A DNA stretch of 21,501 bases from a virus (Duplodnaviria > Heunggongvirae > Uroviricota > Caudoviricetes): the IMG/VR virus record IMGVR_UViG_3300021388_000002; one strand, written 5' to 3'. Positions 15,010-21,501 of this stretch are shown piece by piece. Under the pieces are notes generated by a model. The model was not told the DNA's origin and did not search any database. It saw only the letters and a program-made list of their open reading frames with translations. Each line of letters begins with the position of its first letter. Positions within the stretch are counted from its first letter, which is position 1. Position numbers and translations under genes: made by a program.

Positions 15010-15089
15010 TACGCTTAGCCCAGCTGGTACCCGTGGCCGGCGCTGCGCTGGAGCCGGGAACCTCCGTCACCACTGCCCGGAGGCCCGAC
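15010..15089 (+). promoter_or_regulatory. Putative -10 (TACGCT) and leader RNA motif copy 5
   Basis: CCCG-UGG-CCGGC-loop-GCUGG-AGC-CGGG 15030-15058; competing CGGG-AA-CCUCCG (15055-15066)/CGGAGG-CCCG (15078-15087) buries RBS GGAGG. Confidence 0.7.
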
Positions 15090-16049
15090 GTGCGTTACCT
15101 CATCACGGGCGGGGCCGGCTTCATCGGCTCTGCGCTCACCCAGTACCTTGTCCAGGCCGGGCACCAGGTCCGGGTGCTGGACAACATGAGCCGGGGCCGG
15201 CGCGACCGGCTGGCCGGGATCAGGTGCGAGGTCATCACCGCTGACATCCGGGACCCGGTGGCGGTGGCCGGCGCCGTGCACGGCTGCGACGCGGTGGTTC
15301 ACCTGGCCTACCTGCAGGGCACCCAGACGTTCTACGCCGAGCCGCGGCAGGTGCTCGACGTCGGGCTGCGCGGCATGCTGAACGTGCTCGACGCCTGCCA
15401 GGCCGCCGGGGTGGGCGACCTGCTGCTGGTCTCCAGCTCCGAGGCCTACCAGGTGGCCACGCAGGTGCCGACCCCGGAGACGGTGCCGCTGAGCGTCCCG
15501 GACCCGCTCAACCCGCGGTACTCCTACGGCGGCGGCAAGCTGGCCTGTGAGCTGATGGCCCTGGCCTGGCAGCGCTCCGGCGTGCTGGACCGGGTGGTGA
15601 TCGCCCGGCCGCACAACATCTACGGGCCGGACATGGGCCGCGAGCACGTCATCCCGGAGTTCTGCCTGCGCATGAACCGGCTGGTGGCTGGCCAGCCGGA
15701 GGGTGTGATCGAGTTCCCCATCCAGGGCACCGGGTCCGAGACCCGCTCGTTCTGCTGGATCGGCGATTGCGTGGACCAGCTCGGCCTGCTGCTGCGCCCC
15801 GCCACCCCGGGCGGCATCTACCATGTCGGCGCCATGGACGAGATGGCCATCGCCGACGTCGCCCACGAGATCGCCCACCAGTACGGGCGCCAGGTCAAGG
15901 TGGTGCCCGGCACGCTGCCCAAGGGCTCGCCGCCGCGCCGCCTGCCGGACCTGGCCAAGATCTCCCGGCTGGCCGGGGGCGCGCTGGCGTCCACCTCGTT
16001 CCACGCCGGCATCGCCCCGGCCGTGGCCTGGTACCGCAGCCATGACTGA
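15090..16049 (+). CDS. NAD-dependent nucleotide-sugar epimerase/dehydratase (extended SDR)
   Basis: YLITGGAGFIGS, VVHLA, SSSEAY, YGGGK (YxxxK), RPHNIYGP, GSETRSF. Confidence 0.93.
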   Translation: MRYLITGGAGFIGSALTQYLVQAGHQVRVLDNMSRGRRDRLAGIRCEVITADIRDPVAVAGAVHGCDAVVHLAYLQGTQTFYAEPRQVLDVGLRGMLNVLDACQAAGVGDLLLVSSSEAYQVATQVPTPETVPLSVPDPLNPRYSYGGGKLACELMALAWQRSGVLDRVVIARPHNIYGPDMGREHVIPEFCLRMNRLVAGQPEGVIEFPIQGTGSETRSFCWIGDCVDQLGLLLRPATPGGIYHVGAMDEMAIADVAHEIAHQYGRQVKVVPGTLPKGSPPRRLPDLAKISRLAGGALASTSFHAGIAPAVAWYRSHD

Positions 16050-17211
16050 GGCCCGCGGCGTGCTCACCGCCACTGATATCCCGGGCCGGGCCACCAGCGC
16101 CTGCATGACCTGCGGGCACCCGCAGCTGCGCGTGCTGCTGGACCTGGGCCGCCAGCCGCTGGCCGAGCGCGACGACGGGCACGTCTACCCGCTGGGGCTG
16201 GTGGAGTGCCAGCGCTGCGGCCTGGTGCAGAATAGCTGGCAGGTGGACCGGGACCAGGTGTTCCCGGCCGATCACCCCTATGCCACCGGGGACACCGCCG
16301 CGCTGCGGGCGCACTTCGGCGGGCTGGCCGCGGAGGCGGCGCTGCTGCTGGGTGACGGCGACCTGATCGTGGACATCGGCGCCAACGACGGCACGTTCCT
16401 GGCCCAGGTCAAGCGGGTGGCGCCCCGGGCCCGGCTGCTGGCCGTGGAGCCGACCGGGCAGGCCGCCGGCTGCCGCCGCCAGGTCATCCCGGTGGAGCAG
16501 GAGTTCTTCACCTTCGCCGCCGCCCGCCGGATCACCGCCGCGCTCGGGCAGGCCCGCGTGATCACCGCGTCCAACGTCCTGGCGCACGTGGCCGACCAGC
16601 ACGATTTCATGTCCGGCGTCGCGCACCTGCTCGCCCCGGGCGGGACGTTCATCACCGAGAACCACGACCTGACCGCGGTCATCAACGGCCTGCAGATCGA
16701 CACCGTGTACCACGAGCACCTGCGGTTCTACTCGGTGGCCAGCCTGGGCTACCTGCTGTCCATCCACGGGTTCGGCGCGGCCCGGATCGAGGAGATACCC
16801 ACTCACGGCGGCTCGTTCCGCACCTTCGCCACCCGGCTGGAGCTGGATCTGCAGGGCCGGGCGGGCCGGGCCCGGGAGGAGCTGCGCCGCCTGCTGGATT
16901 TCGCCGCGGAGGACGGCGCGATCTGGGGCGTCGGGGCGGCGACCCGGGCCGGGCCGCTGATCCACTTCGCCGGGCTGGAGGCGTGGCTGGACGCGATCGC
17001 CGAGGTGCCGGGCAACGCCAAGATCGGCCGTGACTTCCCCGGCACGTCCATCCCGGTGGTTGACGAGGCCGGGCTGACCGCCGCCCAGCCGCCGTGGGCA
17101 GTGCTGCTGGCCTGGCACATCGCGCCCACGCTGGTGCCCAAGCTGCGCGCCGCCGGGTACACCGGCCAGTTCATCGTGCCGCTGCCCCGGCCGCACATCT
17201 ACCGCGGATAG
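16042..17211 (+). CDS. NDP-hexose C-methyltransferase (SAM-dependent, Zn-binding; TylC3/TcaB9-like)
   Basis: CMTCG..LDLGRQPLA..YPLGLVECQRCGLVQ, VDIGANDG, NVLAHV, YHEHLRFYS, THGGS, LLAWH. Confidence 0.9.
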   Translation: MTEARGVLTATDIPGRATSACMTCGHPQLRVLLDLGRQPLAERDDGHVYPLGLVECQRCGLVQNSWQVDRDQVFPADHPYATGDTAALRAHFGGLAAEAALLLGDGDLIVDIGANDGTFLAQVKRVAPRARLLAVEPTGQAAGCRRQVIPVEQEFFTFAAARRITAALGQARVITASNVLAHVADQHDFMSGVAHLLAPGGTFITENHDLTAVINGLQIDTVYHEHLRFYSVASLGYLLSIHGFGAARIEEIPTHGGSFRTFATRLELDLQGRAGRAREELRRLLDFAAEDGAIWGVGAATRAGPLIHFAGLEAWLDAIAEVPGNAKIGRDFPGTSIPVVDEAGLTAAQPPWAVLLAWHIAPTLVPKLRAAGYTGQFIVPLPRPHIYRG

Positions 17212-17218
17212 GAGAGCC

Positions 17219-17623
17219 ATGGCTGAGCTGACCGCCTATGGCAACGAGGCCCTGCGTGCCGGGGTGCGTGCCCTGATGACGCCGCCGCGGGTGGTGACCG
17301 CCGTCGCCCGGTTTCGCGCCGGGCCTGGCCGGGAGGACGAGGCCGCGGGCGCCTGGGCGTTCGAGATCACCTACTACTTCACCCGGGCGGTGGGCGAGGC
17401 CCCTGCCGTCACCTACGCGCCCGGCTGGCCGGGTGAGCCCGGCGTCTACACCTGCACCGGGCTCATGCAGACCACCCATCCCGGGGATCACGACCCCACC
17501 GATTTCACCCGCGAGGAGCCCTGGTCACTGGATTACGTGACGGGCGCGGTGCGGCGGGCGCAGCTGCGCAGCATGTATCCCAGACGCAAGATCTGGTACG
17601 ACGGGAGAGATCACGATGCCTGA
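17219..17623 (+). CDS. Hypothetical protein (134 aa)
   Basis: AGGAG RBS; GC3 bias. Confidence 0.7.
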   Translation: MAELTAYGNEALRAGVRALMTPPRVVTAVARFRAGPGREDEAAGAWAFEITYYFTRAVGEAPAVTYAPGWPGEPGVYTCTGLMQTTHPGDHDPTDFTREEPWSLDYVTGAVRRAQLRSMYPRRKIWYDGRDHDA

Positions 17624-17921
17624 GCCAGCAGTGGGCCGCGCCGTGCACTATGTCAGCTACGGCACCCCGGGCGGGGAGTACGCCCAGGCCTGCCGGGCCG
17701 CCACCATTACCGCCGTCCAGGGGCGCCCGCACGATCCGCAGGTCAGCCTGTGCGTGCTGAACCCCACCGGGCTGTTCTTCAATCAGCTGGTGGCGCATGA
17801 CGAGGGCCAGGACGCGCCCCCGGTCCCGGTGACCGCGCTTGAGCCGGAGGCTGTCCCGCTGTGCGGCGGCCGGCACTACCCGGGCGGCACCTGGCACTGG
17901 CCCGAGCGCAAGGGGGACTAG
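17616..17921 (+). CDS. Hypothetical phage protein (101 aa)
   Basis: PAVGRAVHYVSYGTPGGEY..RAATITAV..LCVLNPTG..GTWHWPER. Confidence 0.75.
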   Translation: MPEPAVGRAVHYVSYGTPGGEYAQACRAATITAVQGRPHDPQVSLCVLNPTGLFFNQLVAHDEGQDAPPVPVTALEPEAVPLCGGRHYPGGTWHWPERKGD

Positions 17922-18277
17922 TGGCGGACCGGTATGAGGATGAGCGCGGCGTCATCCAGGATCTGTTCGGCGCCGTGGACGGCATCACCAAGATCACCAC
18001 GAAGGCCGGGGCGGTGCGCGGCAATCACGTGCACCCGGACACCACCCAGTGGACCTACATCGTCAGGGGCCGGATGCTGTTCCGCTGGGTGGAGGCCGAT
18101 GGCGTGATCACCGATGAGATCCATGGCACGGACGAGCTGATCGAGGAGCCGGCCGGCTGCCCGCACGCCTGGCAGGCCATCGAGGACTCCACCGTCCTGG
18201 TTATCACCCGCGGGCCGCGCTCCGGCGAGGGGTTCGAGGCCGGCACCCGGCGGCTGGAAGTGCCGATCCTGTTATGA
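17921..18277 (+). CDS. Cupin-fold sugar isomerase/epimerase (WxcM/FdtA/RmlC-like)
   Basis: DERG, VRGNHVH, QWTYIVRG, PAGCPHA; located in the sugar cluster. Confidence 0.8.
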   Translation: MADRYEDERGVIQDLFGAVDGITKITTKAGAVRGNHVHPDTTQWTYIVRGRMLFRWVEADGVITDEIHGTDELIEEPAGCPHAWQAIEDSTVLVITRGPRSGEGFEAGTRRLEVPILL

Positions 18278-18555
18278 GCTGCCTGCCATGCGATCACGGG
18301 CTGGGCTGGGCGCACTGCACGTGCGTGTACCGGTGCGGCCGGCCCGCCTGCGCGGCCCGGATGCGGCCCCCGGCCGACCCGCTGCCCGGCGAGCTGGGCC
18401 AGCTGACCCGGCTCATGGGCGAGTCCGGGATCAAGGGCGCCCGGCTGGGTTACGCCCTGGGCTACCTGCACGGCAAGTACGCCGCGGACCCCGACATCGC
18501 CACCGATGACCCGGCATTCCGGGTGGTCTCGGACCTCGGGCTGGGGCTGAAGTGA
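18274..18555 (+). CDS. Hypothetical protein with Cys-rich N-terminus
   Basis: ATGA and GTGA overlaps at the two ends. Confidence 0.6.
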   Translation: MSCLPCDHGLGWAHCTCVYRCGRPACAARMRPPADPLPGELGQLTRLMGESGIKGARLGYALGYLHGKYAADPDIATDDPAFRVVSDLGLGLK

Positions 18556-19223
18556 GCGCCACCCGCTGGCCGCCGCTGTGGCAGATCCTCATCGCCACCA
18601 TCCCGCACCGGCACGAGATGCTGTGCGGGCTGCTGGCCGAGCTGGACGCCCAGATGCGCCCTGGCGTGGCCGTGCTGGCGTTCCGGGACAACTGCGAGCG
18701 CACCATCGCGGCCAAGCGCCAGCTGCTGCTGACCTCGGCCACGGCCGACTACGTGTGCTTCTGCGACGATGACGACTGGATCGCCCCGGGCTACACCGGC
18801 CTCATCAGGATGGCGCTGCAGGAGGACCCGGACTACGTGGGCTTCCGGGTCCGCTGGCTGGTGGACGGCGAGGACCAGCTGATGCCCATCTTCCACTCGC
18901 TGCGCTACCAGGGCTGGTGGCACGACCAGGCGGGCATCTACCGGGACATCTCCCACCTCAACCCGCTGCGGCGGCGGCTGGCCCTGCTCGGCCGGTACGA
19001 GGGTGCGGATTACAGCGAGGATTCCCGCTGGGCCGCGCAGGTCCGGGCCAGCGGCCAGGTCCGGACCCAGGCCTGGATCGGGGAGTCCCTGTACTGGTAC
19101 CGCTGGCGCAGCGCCGACCATTCCGGCCAGCCCCGGGTACCGCTGCCCGCCAGCCAGATCAAGCCGCTGCCGGCCTACCCGTGGCTGGCCTGGCTCGACC
19201 CGGAAGGACGCGAGCATGACTGA
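18552..19223 (+). CDS. Glycosyltransferase, GT-A fold
   Basis: ILIATIPHR, IAAKRQ, ADYVCFCDDDD, SHLNP, SEDSRW. Confidence 0.85.
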   Translation: MSATRWPPLWQILIATIPHRHEMLCGLLAELDAQMRPGVAVLAFRDNCERTIAAKRQLLLTSATADYVCFCDDDDWIAPGYTGLIRMALQEDPDYVGFRVRWLVDGEDQLMPIFHSLRYQGWWHDQAGIYRDISHLNPLRRRLALLGRYEGADYSEDSRWAAQVRASGQVRTQAWIGESLYWYRWRSADHSGQPRVPLPASQIKPLPAYPWLAWLDPEGREHD

Positions 19224-19237
19224 GCGGCAGGTGCGCC

Positions 19238-19975
19238 GTGCGTGACCTGGCCCTGCTGGTGCCCAGCCGCGGCCGGCCCGCGCGGCTGTCCCGGCTGTGG
19301 GAGTCGGTGAAGGCCACCGCGACCGCCAGCACCACCCTGATCGCCGGGCTGGACGAGGACGACCCGACCCGCGACGGGTACCCGCCCGGCCCGGTGTATG
19401 TGACCGAGCCCGGCCTGCGCTACGTCACCGCCTGGGTCAACCGGCTGGCCGCCCTGTACGCGGACGGCTTCGCTGTGCTCGGCACCGTGGGCGATGACAA
19501 CGTGTGCGAGACCCCTGGCTGGGACAGCGCCATCGTGGCCGCGCTGGAGCGCAACCCGTTCGCGTTCGGCAACGACCTGTACCCGCTGCGCGCGCCGGGC
19601 ACGCTGGCCTGCCACATCTTCATGCGCCGGGCCACCTACCGCGCGCTGGGCTACTTCGGCCCGCCGGAGCTGACGCACATGTACGTGGACGTGGCCTGGA
19701 TGGCCTGGGGCGTGTCCTGCGGCATCAGCTACCTGGATGACGTGCACATCCGGCACGAGCACTACACCACCGGCCGGGCGGCGTGCGATGAGACCTATGC
19801 CCGCAGCGCGGCCCGGACCGCCGCGGACCTGGCCGCCTGGCATGCCTACTCCCGGCGGGAGGGGCCGGGCGGGCTGAACGCCGACATCGCCAGGCTCGGC
19901 GGCGAGCCGTTCACCGCCTCCCGGCTGGCGGACTTCAACCAGACCCTGGCCATCCCGGCGGTGTGGCCGCTGTGA
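19238..19975 (+). CDS. Glycosyltransferase, GT-A fold (divergent)
   Basis: LLVPSRGRP, LDEDDP, VGDDN, HMYVD, IRHEHY. Confidence 0.8.
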   Translation: MRDLALLVPSRGRPARLSRLWESVKATATASTTLIAGLDEDDPTRDGYPPGPVYVTEPGLRYVTAWVNRLAALYADGFAVLGTVGDDNVCETPGWDSAIVAALERNPFAFGNDLYPLRAPGTLACHIFMRRATYRALGYFGPPELTHMYVDVAWMAWGVSCGISYLDDVHIRHEHYTTGRAACDETYARSAARTAADLAAWHAYSRREGPGGLNADIARLGGEPFTASRLADFNQTLAIPAVWPL

Positions 19976-20241
19976 GCGCGTGCTACTGGGTGCTGATCAG
20001 CGACGACGCGCTGCCCTGGATCACCTGGCCGGACGGGATCAGGCCCGAGGGCATGTGCGTGCAGCCCGCCGCCGAGGTGCTGCCCGCCGAGCGGGACGTG
20101 CGCCCCGGCCCGGCGCGCTGGCACCTGGTGCGGGACCGGGATGCCGGCCCGGGCCTGGAGGGCTGCACGGTGGCGCTGGGCATGACCGCCCGCCCGGACG
20201 GCGGCTGGGAGATCACCCGCACCGTGATGGAGCGCGCATGA
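19972..20241 (+). CDS. Hypothetical protein (89 aa)
   Basis: GTGA and ATGA overlaps; GC3 bias. Confidence 0.6.
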   Translation: MSACYWVLISDDALPWITWPDGIRPEGMCVQPAAEVLPAERDVRPGPARWHLVRDRDAGPGLEGCTVALGMTARPDGGWEITRTVMERA

Positions 20242-20855
20242 GCGAGCTGCCCCTGGTCACGGTGATCACCCCGACCTGGCAGCGGCACGAGTACCTGCTG
20301 ACCCGGTGCATCCCCGGCGTCCAGGCCCAGGGCTACCCGGCGACCGAGCATCTGGTCATCAGCGACGGCCCGGACGCGGAGCTGGCCGCGAAGCTGTCCA
20401 TGCCCTGGCTGGATGGCTGGAAGAACCTGTGGTACCGCGAGCTGCCGGCGCACGACCCGGAGCCGCACCACGGCCACCATGCCCGCGCCTACGGCCTGGA
20501 GCTGGCCCGCGGGGAGTACATCACCTACTGCGATGATGATGACGCGCTGAGGCCGGCGCACTGCTCCCGGCTGGCCCAGGCCCTGGACGAGCACCCGGAG
20601 GCCGGCTTCGCGGTCAGCCAGATGTGCAGTCATGGCCCGCATGGCACATCCACCATCGGCGCCGGCCCGCTGGCCTGCGGCAACGTCGGCACCCCGATGA
20701 TCATGCACCGCCGGGAGATCGCCCAGGTGGCCAGCTGGGACCACGCCAGCGCGTTCGAGGACTGGGAGCTGGTGCTGGCCTGGCTCAACGCCGGCATCGA
20801 GCACGTCCGGGTGGATGAGGAGACCAGTGATGTGTGGCCGAGCCTGTACCGCTAG
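20238..20855 (+). CDS. Glycosyltransferase family 2 (paralog of 3670-4383)
   Basis: VTVITPTW, RCIPGVQAQ, VISDGPD, GEYITYCDDDD, FEDW. Confidence 0.9.
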   Translation: MSELPLVTVITPTWQRHEYLLTRCIPGVQAQGYPATEHLVISDGPDAELAAKLSMPWLDGWKNLWYRELPAHDPEPHHGHHARAYGLELARGEYITYCDDDDALRPAHCSRLAQALDEHPEAGFAVSQMCSHGPHGTSTIGAGPLACGNVGTPMIMHRREIAQVASWDHASAFEDWELVLAWLNAGIEHVRVDEETSDVWPSLYR

Positions 20856-20863
20856 GAGCCGCC

Positions 20864-21151
20864 GTGCCTGAGATCGACCCGGGCGCCCTGCCGCCGCTGC
20901 TGGACGCGGGCAACGCCCTGCTGGCCCAGGTGCCGGTCTCGCTGGTGGTCGGCAGCACCGAGACCGACGTCGGCAAGCAGGGCGTGGTGACCGTGCGGAC
21001 CCCCAGCACCACCCTGACCGTGGTCCTGGACCGGCCCGAGATCGAGCTGTGGATACAGAACCTGACCCTGGTCCGGGACGGCCTGGACGGCCTGATCGTG
21101 CCCGCCCGGGGGCCGTCCGAGCCGCTGCCGCCCCGAGAGGAGCAGAACTGA
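20864..21151 (+). CDS. Hypothetical protein (tandem paralog 1)
   Basis: AGGAG RBS; PGALPPLLDAGNALL..GVVTVRTPSTTLTVVL. Confidence 0.75.
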   Translation: MPEIDPGALPPLLDAGNALLAQVPVSLVVGSTETDVGKQGVVTVRTPSTTLTVVLDRPEIELWIQNLTLVRDGLDGLIVPARGPSEPLPPREEQN

Positions 21152-21152
21152 C

Positions 21153-21479
21153 ATGACCCAGCCCGGTGACCTGCCGCCGCTGTTCGATACCGGCAACACC
21201 CTGCTGCAGACCGATGTCCCGGCCGCCATGCTGACCGGCAAGGTGCCTGTCCCGGACGGCGAGCGCGGGGTGGTGACCATCCGGACCACCAGCGCCACGC
21301 TGACCGTCACCCTGACCAAGGCCGACGCCGAGCAGTGGGCGGCGAGCTTCGCGGACCTGGCGGCCAGCCTGTCCGGCGCGGGGCTGGTCGTGCCCAGCCG
21401 CGGCCAGGCCGTGCAGATCGCCGACGCGGCCCGGCGCAATGCCAACGGCGGGCCGCCGCAGCGCCCGGGCGGCCAGTGA
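21153..21479 (+). CDS. Hypothetical protein (tandem paralog 2)
   Basis: GAGGAG RBS; PGDLPPLFDTGNTLL..GVVTIRTTSATLTVTL. Confidence 0.75.
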   Translation: MTQPGDLPPLFDTGNTLLQTDVPAAMLTGKVPVPDGERGVVTIRTTSATLTVTLTKADAEQWAASFADLAASLSGAGLVVPSRGQAVQIADAARRNANGGPPQRPGGQ

Positions 21480-21501
21480 CCGCACAGCCGCCGGGCAGCG
21501 G

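Noticed and set aside
160-21485. Many long minus-strand and alternate-frame ORFs (e.g. 160-1329, 1538-3109, 5369-6982, 8738-10657, 15895-17220, 19983-21485)
   Set aside because: Shadow ORFs expected at high GC; they overlap motif-bearing + strand genes and are Arg/Pro/Ala-rich without recognisable domains.
1-21501. tRNA, rRNA, CRISPR array, integrase/att site, small terminase
   Set aside because: None recognisable by eye in this window.

Overview
High-GC, actinobacterial-type phage or prophage late region, almost all on the + strand. It holds an HK97-type head module (terminase large subunit, portal, prohead protease, major capsid), many small hypothetical genes, a PLD/Nuc-type nuclease and two lower-GC free-standing homing-endonuclease-like genes. 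It also holds a glycan cluster: four GT-A glycosyltransferases, an NAD-dependent epimerase/dehydratase, an NDP-hexose C-methyltransferase and a cupin isomerase. The most notable signals are regulatory. (1) A covarying RNA motif (stem / NGG:AGC internal loop / CC..GG stem) occurs five times, in the leaders of the terminase, portal, capsid, post-capsid and sugar operons, and each copy has a mutually exclusive hairpin that occludes the RBS or start codon. (2) The portal gene is split exactly at CGA-TTA-A-CGC, consistent with a 7-nt translational bypass triggered by the rare UUA codon. (3) A leader-peptide and terminator attenuator lies ahead of the portal. (4) A ~180-nt highly structured candidate ncRNA follows the terminase. 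All structures and motifs were read by eye and no database searches were run.
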